A stretch of DNA of 64,000 bases from Rhizophagus irregularis (Eukaryota): positions 4,402,001 to 4,466,000 of the forward strand of contig NC_089433.1 of assembly GCF_026210795.1 (NCBI RefSeq). Direction: 5' to 3'. The notes beneath the pieces were generated by a model, which saw nothing but the letters and a program-made list of their open reading frames with translations, had not been told where the DNA came from and made no database searches. Positions 11,320 to 23,429 of this stretch are shown here, in pieces; positions within the stretch are counted from its first letter, which is position 1, and every line of letters begins with the position of its first letter. The position numbers and the translations under genes were made by a program.

Positions 11320-14172
11320 GCGCTTCATAATATTGTTAGATATTAGAGAACTATCAGAACCAGTATTGAAAATTGTCGTAGGAATAACTAAAGATTTTTC
11401 ACTCTCAGGTGCGACTACTTTAGTCTTAATAGTGACTACATCACTTGCAGACTTGCGGTTAACAATTCCAATACCTGCTATAGAAGACCATAAGTCATTA
11501 TTACATATAACATCATCATTTTTACGGATTAAATTTGCAGCCATACTATTAGTTACAACCGAAATCATAGGATGAAGGATAGATGTGAAAAGGTCCTTAA
11601 CATTATCCCAAACTTTTTCACATGTTTTTATCGAGGGTTCTCCTTTAAGCTGACTGAGTACTGGTTCTTTATAATTAATGAATTCAGCATTCAGAGCATT
11701 GTAAGCAGATATAACAGTCTCTTTTGGTACAGCATTAACGAAGGATTGAACCAGAAACTTTAAGAGTTGTATAAAAACCTCAAAGATAATACGATGCCTT
11801 TCAAGTTGTGATTTTTTCTTATCAGTAGGCTTTTTGTCTACACGTTTCCTTTCTGTAGACTTTTTTTTTAATCCATAGCAAGCATGTCTAGAGTCTGAAT
11901 CACTATCAGAGAAGTCAGAGGAGTCAGAGGCATCAGAAGAGTTAGAGGAATCAGAGGAGTCATGTGCATAATTTGTTTTCCTCTTTCCCTTCTTAGATTT
12001 TAGACAGGAACTCTTAGTATGACCAGATTTTCCACAACTTGAGCATTTCTTTGCTAATTTCTTTGGTTTACGTGTACCTGAACTTATACCAAATACCTGA
12101 TTACCACAGTAAATATGGTCAGATGGTAAATTTTTATTAAGTTCTGTATCAATAAATATTTTAAGATCACTAAGGGTTACTTTACTTATATCGATATCTC
12201 TTGGAAGACCTAATTTATATGCTAAAGCAAGTAATCTCTGAAATGATGTATCATTTTGAGGACTTGAAAATGGACTAGAAGATGGTACTGGTACTGCAGA
12301 TGATCTAGCCGTAGTCATAGGAATTTTAGAATTTATAAGATTCTCAATATCTGCTAAAGTTGGACCCTGATATGTAACTATAGGAGTAGGTGGCATATCT
12401 GTCCTGTATTTCTCAACTTCTTCCAATTTATTCAGAATAGATGCAACTGAATTTTCTAAACCAATACGTCGCGCATCCAACTTATTTTCACTGGAAAGAC
12501 CATTTAAGAACTGTTGCCGTACTAATTCATTCTGATTTACCTCTGGAAGAGTTGGATATGCAAGTCTAACCATTTTTCGTAATTTAGAATAGAATCGGCT
12601 TACAGTATCACTACCCTGAACAATAGCATTAAATGCAAGCTTAGACTTTTCAGATGTTATAGTAGGGAAGTAATGCTTAAAACGATATATTAATTGTCCA
12701 ATACGTATTCCAGGAGCCACAATTGTACCTCCATTATTAGCATTAGGATTATTAACAGCTATATCAGTAGGACGACCCTCGGCTATTGACCAATCTTCAT
12801 CCCATACAGTATGATCAGGTATAAAATTAGCACCAGTAATAGTATTAACTGCAGCTGCTTGTCCATGTAATACACCAGCCTCTCCACAAAATTGATTCGC
12901 CGCTACAGCCTGTATAGCGCCATTATTCAAAGCATTAAAAGCAGCAAGATTGGCCATACCAGTATTATCCAGAAGATTTATACATTCCCAATTTTTTCCT
13001 TTGATATGTATTTCATACCAATCTCTAGCATCATCTTCAAGTAAAGTTTCAAAGATCCCATGAATCTTAACACGAGTCCTAGCATTAGCAGCAGGATCAA
13101 GTCCAGCAGACTCATACCATTGCCTGAATTCTTGAAGCCAAAGTTCTGGATCTTCACCAGATGCTCCTCTAAATTTTTTAGGTGCATATCCTGCCATTAT
13201 AGGTTGTTGTATTACCGGAGGGTTATTTTGTAATGCTAGAATCTGTTGATTCAAATTATTGACCTGATTTTGCAAATTTTGACCATGATTGCGACAGTTT
13301 AAAAATTGCCCTCTCCATGCTCGAGCTTGCTGAATGATACCATTAGCCCGCCTTCTACTTCGCTCTGTTTCAGTATTATAGCGCTGTAATAATCTATGAG
13401 CATTTCTTCTACTCTCATCACGTTCTCTCTGGACATTAGCTAGTTGGATTTGACTGTTAGCAAATTGAGCCTGGATGTTAGCCAATTGGATCTGAGTATT
13501 TTGTGTAAGGGCTTCCCAATGTTAGCGATGACGCACTTCATTTGCATATGCATCCTCATAAGTACGTCTTGTTCTCAGTATAGTAGCACGTGTATTATTA
13601 AGTTCTTGTCTAAGATATTCTTCACGGTTATGTGCATCATCTAACAAACCTTCAAGTCTATCCTCCATATTATCTTGATCTTCTATAATATTTCGCAACT
13701 CATTAGCATATCGGATAATGGCATCAAGACTATCATTTGCAGTGTTAAATAAATGATTTATATGAGGGTGTGCTGCAATAGTTGTACGATCAAGGTGAAT
13801 ACGAATACCAGCTACACTATTTGCTATAGTTGTCCGATTATTTAAGATTTCTGTAATAGGATCAGGAGGAATTGCTGCCATGTTTTTCCGTTGTCTATTA
13901 GCAAGTTCTTTTATTCGATCTTTAAGTTGAATATTTAGAGTATCAACTTCAATCAGCTGACGTTCTAATACTTGAAGCCCTTCCTCCTTTAGTGATGCCG
14001 TTTCTAATGCTTTCTTAAGCTTTGCACGCAACTCAGCATTTTTTTGCCTAAGTTCTTCTATCTCAGATTTATGACCCTCGATTACACCATACAGGTATTT
14101 TATATATTGCTCTTGTGATTGCAATGTATGTGCAAGTTTTGTAATCTGTATCTTTAACGATGTATCTTCCAT
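11320..14172 (-). pseudogene. Coiled-coil + Gag capsid + CCHC knuckle + aspartic protease N-half (no RT); in-frame TAA at 13522-13524
   Basis: ORFs 13522-14184 and 11314-13485 share a frame. Motifs: KFRGASGEDPELWLQEF, QGSDTVSRFYSKL..QFLNGL, CSSCGKSGHTKSSC and IF(N)TGSDSSLIS. Confidence 0.85.
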
Positions 14173-15890
14173 TGCCAGTTTCACAGATTTTTATAGACCC
14201 TACATTTAATAAACAAATCGAACAAAATTATATCCTTCAACAAATCTATTACCATCCATGTGGATATTATCGTACTCCTGAAAAACTTTGGGCTAAAGTG
14301 CAAGCTGAGGGCCATGATTTTAACATATCTGATATTACAGAGTGGTTGCATTGTCACCCACGTCTGCCACCCGTGGATAAACACTTCTTTCTCATTTAAC
14401 TTTATTTCTCGTTACTTTGCTTGGTTTAGATTTTATTTTTCTTTTAACTTCTCGCTTTTCTTCTCATACATCCGTAGTATTTATTCTCAATACTACTGCT
14501 CATTCATAATATTCCCAAAATATTATGCTGCCTGTAATATTTATTCTTTCAAATATTACCATCTTATTTCTTATAAACTGCGAGAGTTCTCCTAACTTCT
14601 TATATTTCATACAATAAAATGAGAATAACTCCTTTTACTTTACTTTTCTGGACTTAATAATAATATTAATTAATTCTCAAGCATACAATGAGCATATTCA
14701 AGATAACTTTTAATAATTAATATTTATTTTATTAAATTTGAGTCAAAACTGACTGCAGAATTCCTAACGAATCCCACCTATATTTATACATTTTTAAGAA
14801 AATTATTTCTACTATTTCTAACTTTTCTACTAATAAAAATTTAAGAACAATAAGAAAATAAAGATGTATTATCATATGACTATCTCGTGACTAAACTAAA
14901 CTAAACTATAAATATTATTTTATCAGTTAATTATTTATCCATCAGTTAATTATTTATCCTTGTTCTATTTGGTCTTTTATCCATCTGCTCACGTGATTAT
15001 CCTGATTTCTCGGGTTACAGCATAAACAGGCTATATGGCAAATACACTCACCTATACCCAAGTATGTTCCACAGGTTTCTTTTAATAAGATTACTCGACC
15101 AAATATGTATCATCAAGCAGATATCTTATATATGCCCTATGATACTGTAGATAGAAAGCTGTATAAATACTGTCTGAATATTGTAAATGTTGCTAGCCGA
15201 TATAAAGCTTAAGTACCTCTAGAAGATCGCAGCTCTGCACATATTGCTAAGGCATTTAAAAAGATTTATAGCAAAGCAGACTGCCCGCTTATTTGGCCAA
15301 GAGTTTTACAAGTAGATGGGGGATCAGAATTTAAGGATGAAGTTATCCGATTAATGGATGAAAAAGGTGTACGTATTCAGGTGGGTACTACTCATAAGAG
15401 TCAGGCTATTGTTGAACGGTATAATCGAACTTTAGCAGAGAGACTTTTCAAAATACAGGATGCAAAGGAACTCCTTACAGAAGGTGTGAATACTGCCTGG
15501 GTTAAGAACCTTTCTGATATTGTGAATGAGCTAAATAATTCTAATACTCGTCTGCTAGGTATGTCTCCAGTTGAGGCAATCCAGAAAGATCAAGTGTATG
15601 CACTACCTTCAAAAATTTGGAAGGATAGACCTGTAAGTGCAGAAGAAATACGTTTACCAGCTGGTTCTCTTGTAAGATACTTACTTGATAACTCAGATTA
15701 CCGAGGTAGGAGACGTGCAACTGATCCAATATGGTCTACTAAAGTTTATACAATTGAATCTTCCACAGTTGTTGATGGGCAGCCGGTTATATATAGGTTA
15801 TCTGATGGACCTAAAAAAATATTTACTCGAGAAGAATTATTAGTTGTGCCATCTGATACTATGCTGCCTCCTACTCATATATTATATTAA
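14160..15890 (+). pseudogene. Polinton-type rve (DDE) integrase interrupted by a solo LTR; TAA at 15210-15212
   Basis: Excising 14352-15023 restores IYYHP..EWLH|KQAIWQIH..HQADIL..LQVDGGSEF..QAIVERYNRTL. Confidence 0.9.
14352..15019 (-). mobile_element. Solo LTR of the element B family
   Basis: Reverse complement of the LTR at 44182-44866, with perfect TSD GCAT (14348-14351 / 15020-15023). Confidence 0.95.
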
Positions 15891-18800
15891 TTTTCAAGTT
15901 GTGGTATCCTATAGTCTCCATGTGCATACATTGTGATATTATCTTGTGCAATCCATTTTTTATCATCCATAGGGGATAACCCCACCTTCGACATTTCTAT
16001 AACATTTATGGCATGTCTATCAGATCGGATTGCTCTAAAGGTGACTGTATCATTATGTTTAGGATCAAAGAGTGCCTTATTATACCGCTCATGGTGGAAC
16101 TCTTTTTTAACTACCTTTGAGGGGACACCTTTAGCCTTACAGATACCATGTTTTGGATTGGTGGTCTCATCCCCTACCTTGAGAATGGAGTACATTTTGG
16201 GACGGAGGCCAATAAATTCTGCTATAACTGCTCCATTACATTCATCCTTAAATTTTCCTGGGATTTTCATATTTATGTCAGTCTTATCACCTAATGCTTT
16301 TCGTACAGGATGATCTTTAGGATAATCACTGAAGTCAAATTGGTCTGCCATATCTATAAGGTCTGCATTAATATCCTCAGTTTGGATTTGTACAAAAAGT
16401 GAGTCTGTGTCTGTATAACATAACTGGATTTTTTCACCATATCGTACTTTACGAGTATTATAGTAGAATTGATACATACAGAGCTTCGAGAGATCAAGTA
16501 CACTCATACCCACATATGTTGGATGGTTAAGCATTACCTCCACTTTTCGTTGGTAGATTGCAACAAGATTTTCTGAGAATATTTTACGACCCTTGAATGC
16601 AGGATCTGAGGTAAGCTTTTTATATTTCTTGGGATGGGTTTGGGGTTGTACTACTGAGACACGTACACGTTTCCTGAGATTTTCCATAGTTTTACCAAAT
16701 ACACTATTATTCATGAGTTTATAGAAGTCCTTCTCAAAATCGTTTTTAGCCTTAGCATGTTCAGCGGTGTTAAATTCTATGTATGGTTTTATCCATGGAG
16801 CCTGCTCGAATTTTATAGCTTTATAGACCTTCTTGATTACTAAGCCCTGGCTAACATAATACTGGAGATTTCTATAATGAACTACATATTCATCCTTATC
16901 AAATAGGTTAGGAATGAGCTTATCCGTGGGTGTATATCGTTGTCCTGAACGTGCTATTATTTCCTGCTGCTTTTTACTAAGCCATTCCTTCTTAACCTTC
17001 ATTCGTTCTGGTGCAAGGGGGTAATCTGTGTGTTGTGAATGGAGGGCTTGGGGATATTCCAGTTTAACTTTAAGGATATATCCTTCAGAAGAATCGTCTG
17101 GTATTTCATTACTTTCTATTTGCCTTTGAATGTTAGATAACTCGTTTTCCTCCTTTATCCAGTGGAAGTTACCTGTAGGTAAGTATTGCAACATGGCCCA
17201 TCCATATAGGTTATTTGCATCTAAGTATAGAATAGATGACTTGGGCTTATTTGCGGTCCATTTACCTTCTCCCATACCTGGATTATTTGCACGAGCATAT
17301 CGTTTACTTACCATAGAGATTCCACCACGTAATCCTTGTTCTACCATCATGTACATGTCCTGATCAGTTATAAGATCCAATCTTTGCCCTGTCATTAAGA
17401 ATAGTGCATCCCATGCGAAGCCTGGTGTTAAATAGTACCAGAGAGGATCTAACCCATATTTTTTCAAGGCCATTTCTCGGAAATTCTGAAATATATCGGC
17501 TAGTAGGAGGACGTCAGTTTTGAGATAAATGTCATGATAATCTTGCATTGTTTTACATCCTGCTTTTTCCCATACATACTGTGCATATTCGTATTCTTTA
17601 TCACTAATGTGGGTTCATTAAGTTAGCTATAGAATGCTCCTTTAGGTGGTAAACTAGTTTTCTCGAACTTTTTCCAGTCATCCATGTATTCATATGGGTA
17701 GACACCTTTCTTAAGATAAATCTCGAGTAATTCAGGTGGTATTTGACTTCGTGTTATTTTAAAGTTTTCAGGATGTGCAAAGCATCTACCTGCATCAATT
17801 CGCCATAAGTGTTGTGGATTACTACATTCTTGTGCTCTACATTTTTCTGCGCCTAGGTTGGATGCTAATTTGTCGAGACTTGATTTCATGAATTGTAAGC
17901 TGTCTATAAATCGGAGGGAACCTAACTTGAATGCCATATACTTTTCCATGTTATAAGGGATAGGATCAATATCATCCTCACATTCCATTGCACCAATTCC
18001 TTGCATAATTATGTATCCATCATATCCTGATAAATTGTGAAAGATTACTGGGATATGCATTTCACGAGGTTTTATGGATAAGTCAAGATTGCATCCTTTA
18101 TGTGCTGCACCTCGATACCTTCCTGTAATATGGCAGTGGTCTCTTACTTTATTTCCATTTAAGGGGTTGCGACATATCCAGCAGTTTATTGCATTATCAT
18201 AACTTACTTGCTCTTGAGTTGTTAACGGCATCATTTCCATTGGGTTTCTGAATTCATTGCGAATTGCTTCAGCCTCATTTAGCATTTCGATTACAAATTT
18301 TTGTGCTGCATTTTCTCCTATAAATATCTTCTGTGATTCACTTACACCATCATATCTTACCTTAATATATGAGTATAAGCAGGGGATTTGCTCTTGTACT
18401 TTCTTGGTTTTCTTATCTTTGTCTTCATCTGTGGGTGGTATGTCCATTACTAGGGCTTCAAAGTCTGCAACAAAGTAATATGGGACTTGCATGCGGCGTT
18501 TCCAGTTCTTGAATTCATATATATCATTTCCTTTCTTTACTGATGGCATTCGGTCTGCTTGTGGGGTTTTCTTTAATCCTCGACATATTGCTACATGTTT
18601 GTTATGGATTTCTTGTTGATGTGTGAAGTGGGAGATACACCATCGGCAGATAAATGTTGCATGTCCATCTTTTGTACGTTTATTTACTAAACGGCTCATA
18701 TTCTTAATCCAGCAATAGTGCTGCTTTTTCCCGTTACTGATAAGTACTAAATCTATTATTTTACGGCCCTCTGCATCATCCCTATCGGTAACATATATTG

Positions 18801-19782
18801 GACATAGGCGGTGGTCACGCCATTCACAGATGCAGAGGGCAATAGTTGGGTTCTGTCGCTCAAATCTTCTTAGAATTACCTCATCAGCTTGTACTGGAAA
18901 TTTGATACCTTCAAAGTTTAACTCATTTACATACTCCTTATACTTGGAAATTCTTTCTGCGTTCTTTTCTACTGGATGTAATGCTGCTAGGATTGCCCAC
19001 TGGAAGCATTTGTCATCATCATTAGCTGGATTTACTACTCCCTTTTTCGTGGCAAGATCTTTTGGGAGTGGTATATGTCCTGCTCCTGTGGGTGGTTGGA
19101 ATTGCGAGATTTCTATAAATATTTTTTCTACACGATAGAATTCCCAACCTGATCCGTAATTTACATAGTCTTTTACTTTCTGCATGATTCTTGCTAATGC
19201 AAAGTTAAATGTACCATTAATATCTGTTAATGGTAGGATTGGCATATTGCGAGTTTTAAATGGTATGTTATATCTGTAGATATACTCTACTCCATCATCT
19301 TCACTAAAGTTACCATCTCCGAATAATCCCTCAAGGTAAGAATCTAAATGTCTTATTGTGACAAATATTCCAATTCTTACTTTTATTGATCCCAATCGAT
19401 TTCTTTCATCCCGAAGAATATTCTGGATTGTTTGACTGTGTGCTGTAAGAAATGAAGCATAGTCATGCTCTCCAGGTGTTCCTATAGCAATATCAGCCGT
19501 AAAGTTTGAGTCTGTTAACTCCTTTCCTATACGTACCTGATCACGACGTTCAAAGACTACCTCATAATGTGGGTCTGGGTCAATTTGCATTATGCGGGTT
19601 ATCTCTTCATTGGTTGCCGCCACTTGTGCTTCACGGATTTGGCGGATCTTATCCTCATATTCCTGCAATTTTGCATTTGAGCGGGGATATGGGATGGACT
19701 TGACAGGTACCTGCTTGAGTTCAGCTAGAACTGATCGGGTGACTTGTCTGTATTGGGCACTTCTTGCTTGATGTGTTGACAT
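15887..19782 (-). pseudogene. Family B DNA polymerase, Polinton/Maverick (protein-primed) type with endonuclease VII-like insert; stop + frameshift near 17610-17625
   Basis: Motifs ADFEAL, DHCHITGRYRGAAH..CNL, FHNLSGYD, FIDSLQFM, KGVYPYEY, DVLLLADIF, LRGGIS, YLDANNLYGWAM, KLMNNSVFGK, YTDTDS, KMY and KAKGV. Confidence 0.93.
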
Positions 19783-19804
19783 CTTGTAAACTTTTTATAC
19801 TCCT

Positions 19805-19828
19805 CTTTTATTCAATTACATTTTTTCT
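19805..19828 (-). promoter_or_regulatory. Shared upstream motif AGAAAAAATGTAATTGAATAAAAG (PolB)
   Basis: Identical 24-mer at 20520-20543; lies 22 nt upstream of the PolB ATG. Confidence 0.7.
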
Positions 19829-19919
19829 GAAAATAAAATTAATTGTTCGCCTACCCTATAAGGATAAAAAAAGATGAAGGCGGGTTAATATCGCCTTCTA
19901 AAATTTATCTGGATATAAT

Positions 19920-20480
19920 CTATTCCTCGTCATCTGAGTCATCATCATCCAAGTCACCGAACACATCCTCATCAGGAGTATCCCCATCCTTAAATAACTC
20001 AAAATTGCACATCATTCGGATGTATTCTCCCTTATTAGTTTCTTCCGATATAAAACTACAATGGAGAATAGCTTGTTCTATGACTACCATTTCTTCGAAT
20101 TTGGTATACTTTTCTTGACTAATTTTAATTGATTCATCGGCAAGTTTATTAAAATTTATACCACCATCTGCACAATCTCGCCAGAAAGCCCTTTCAGCTT
20201 TCTTACATATATTTGCCACCTGTTCGTATGCCTCCTCGGCTTGCATGCGCCACTTTCAGAGTACTCGTTCAGCTTCGGCTCTCCAGATTGGGTTGACTTC
20301 TAGAAGATGTGGTCCGAAATTGCTACTTGGAATGTATTCCAGGATATGGCCTACAAGTTCGGGGATTGCTGATACTGCGTGCGGGGTTTGACAGCTTTTT
20401 AGGATTTCCCTATTGATAGCTATAAGATCAGAAACTGTGCAGCCGAAGATTGATGCCAACTTTTCTGCGGTATATGCCAT
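19920..20480 (-). pseudogene. F-box-like protein with acidic tail; in-frame TGA at 20256-20258
   Basis: AIPELVGHILEYI..LLEVNPIWRAEAERVL*KWRMQAEEAY; the two listed ORFs share a frame. Confidence 0.7.
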
Positions 20481-20519
20481 GTTATGTACTATTTATCTGT
20501 ATAGTTACTTGGTACCTAC

Positions 20520-20543
20520 CTTTTATTCAATTACATTTTTTCT
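20520..20543 (-). promoter_or_regulatory. Shared upstream motif (F-box-like gene)
   Basis: 24/24 identical to 19805-19828; lies 39 nt upstream of the ATG at 20480. Confidence 0.7.
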
Positions 20544-20965
20544 CGGTATAAGGGTAATTGCTTACCTTGCTATTCCGCTCTATTGACCCCATGGCTGGTT
20601 TCCTGGATGGGTTAATATTTTCTTACCTTTTTTGGCTCCGTTGGCTTTGAAATCCTATTTCTTGTTCGGTTGGGGGTAAGTAGGTGAAAATATTAATAAA
20701 TGATTTAGATTATGAAATAAGTAGGTGAAAATATTAATAAACGGTTTAGATTATGAGATAAGTAGGATATAAGTAAGTAAAAAATATAAAAAGGTAGTCA
20801 GGATTGGACCCACAGCCGGTGGAAGAGTAATGGGAGTAGCAAGAAAAAGGTGACTAGAATTGGACCCACAGCCGGTGGGAGAGCAATGAGGTGGTAGCAA
20901 GAAAAAGGTAACCAGGATTGGACTCCGAGAAAAGTGAGCCAGAACTGGGATTTATATACTACTTT

Positions 20966-22450
20966 TGTTCTCCAATGACAAATATCAAATCAGCTGTATG
21001 CTTACGCATTTTTTTGGCTCACAAAGAGTTATTTTCCATTGAATACAAGACAAATATTTTAAATTTTTATGCAACAAATTATTGGATAGAATTAAAATAA
21101 TAAGATCACGTGCATCTAGTACTACTGTACTACCAATTGCAATTATTCTACAAAGACATTTTTTAATTTCACTTATAAGAAATGTCGCTTTCATTTTGGC
21201 ATATATATTCCTTGTCCTCATATCAACGACCCTGAATATTTTTATAAAGATACACAATGTGGTATCCCTACTCCCTTTATCATGTCGCAACATAGAAATG
21301 CATGCGTAATTCATTAACATATCTTTACAAAAATACAATGTTTCAAGAATATCAAAAATAAAGATAAACCGAAATTGGAACATACAGTATATCAAGAGAT
21401 TTTGTTAATGACAAGTCCTCTCATGCCAATTTATTATATTACAGATGGCTTAATGGTAAATCAAAATATATTACCTCTAGATGACTGGGTATTTCATATG
21501 ACAGCAATATTCATGCTAGAGATTCTTCTTCAACATTCAAACTGGGCAACAGACACATGTACCGAAAAAGTTTGTCCAACTTTTAATACAATTTGAGTCT
21601 TAATTTACGGATGCAAAAACAACAAGATATACATTTCAAACATACTTGCCATTGTGTATTCAATAAAATGTGATTACTGTCTAATCGCAAGGCTACAAAT
21701 CATGACTATTTAACGATAGCGCGCAAATATTGCTTTCTATTTGTAAAATCTCAATACGTCAAAGTACCTATCTGACATTTATTGTACAAACATTCTGATT
21801 CAATCCCGAACGCTGATGACTATCCGTTTTTGGTTCCTTATTTCGTGATGGATTCAAATCATAAGAAACAAATTCTGACAAAACTCAATCAAGCGTCATC
21901 ATCCACCGGTTCTTCTGCACCACCTACTAATTACAACCCGATTCCAGATGTATTCATACATAAAAAATATTATGATATTATACCAAAAGATCTGATTTAC
22001 GTGAATGATTGTTATATGGTTTCTGGATTTAGAGAATGGTTTACTTATATATACAACATTGATGAATTTTATTATCCACCAGAGAGTAGGACCCCACGTT
22101 ATAATGCAAAAGGCAAATATGTCGCAAGAACTCCAGTATACCGTTCAGGAGTAGTAGAAAATTACGTACCATTACATATTGTAGAAAAATCTTAATTACA
22201 AAGAACTGAAAAATTGAAGGTGGATGCTTTAGCAAAAGAGGCAGCATACCATAGAACTACTCTCAAGCATTACAATGCTCGTACCAATACCATTAAATCT
22301 TAATGGACACATCAAATAGTTTTCACGATCACATGCCTAATTATTTGGCCAAGAGACAACAAAATCATGAATCTGATTTTAGTAACACTACGTTAAACAA
22401 AAATTTCAATAAAGCTCTCAAAAAAAATAATCTCCAAACTCAAGGGGCTA
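20966..22450 (+). pseudogene. Degenerate coding remnant of unknown family, probably TE-derived
   Basis: Broken ORF pieces (e.g. YNPIPDVFIHKKYYDIIPKDLIY..REWFTYIY) with a composition distinct from the flanks. Confidence 0.35.
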
Positions 22451-22608
22451 TATGATTTCCTATATATCCATACATCAATATATCGGACAATACAGCAGAG
22501 GTCGAATGTTGTCGGGCTGGATGTGGGAGGTGCTAGTACCACCCACCTCCAGGTCTACAACCCGTCGCAGTACCTATATGGCCCCTACAGGGCTTAGGAA
22601 TCCCCAAT

Positions 22609-22821
22609 ATCTGTCACCATCTGTCAATAACATCTGTCATATAACAATATACTAAAAAAGGATAAAATAAGGGAAAAGAGAGGAAAATACGATAGAATCA
22701 GAGGGGTATGACAGATATGACGGATATGACAGATGTTTCAGAAAAATCGGAAGAGGGATATCTCCAGAAAAAAGTTTTGATTTTACCCCCCCAAATCTGT
22801 CATTCTGTCATAGTTCTGTCA
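22609..22821. repeat. Three clusters of 3x TCTGTCA motifs in alternating orientation
   Basis: ATCTGTCA at 22609, 22619, 22632; TGAC(A/G)GAT at 22709, 22718, 22727; (A/T)TCTGTCA at 22795, 22803, 22814. Confidence 0.85.
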
Positions 22822-23429
22822 TATGATCAGGATTCAGTCTATTCATCTGTCGGAAGCAGTGAGATAGCAAACCAGGTAAGTTAGCAGGTAAGCCCCTAGA
22901 AGGTCTATAGAGCCAGTAAGACCAACCCTGTCTCGCCCCCATCAGAAAAAATAAGTAATTGAACAATGGGTATACCATAAGTAACCTATAACATCGGGAA
23001 ATTTTTTGGGAAGCAGATCTGCGCAGATTTTCAGAAATTATATCTGCGCAGATCTTATACCCTGGCGCAAAACATTAGAGGAAAAATCCAATAAAAAACT
23101 GCGCAGATTTTATAAATAACAAAGTTCTGCGCAGATTTTTAAATAAAAAACCTTCGAAATATCTCAGCAATTTTTTTCAGTAAAAATCTGCATCACAATA
23201 ATACAAATTAATTTATTGCATTAATTACTAATTTATTTATATAATCAAAATTACTTTTTTATTATATATTAACAAGTTTACAAATACAATTGAAATCTAT
23301 TACTAGTCATTGCTATTCATCATCTTTTTACTGCACATTTACATGTTGTTAATGGTTTGGAACATTGTTCCAGTTGGTTCGATTCCAACAAACAAAAAAC
23401 AAAATAGAAAATCAGAGATATTTGTTACA

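Larger units (their letters stand above)
1..22900. mobile_element. Decayed Polinton/Maverick-like self-synthesizing element (pPolB + rve integrase + Gag-PR + TBP-like + 2 F-box genes); left end outside window, right end approximate
   Basis: Compact intron-less gene cluster. The integrase and PolB stop codons overlap (TTAA 15887-15890), the integrase and Gag 5' ends overlap head-to-head, and a 24-bp upstream motif is shared by genes at both ends. Terminal inverted repeats could not be identified. Confidence 0.75.

Noticed and set aside
11320..15890. Gag-PR plus integrase as an ordinary LTR retrotransposon
   Set aside because: They are on opposite strands with no RT/RNase H, LTR or PBS, and the integrase is Polinton-type.
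15933..19703. Plus-strand ORFs opposite PolB (and similar antisense ORFs over gag/pol)
   Set aside because: Shadow frames of real coding sequence.
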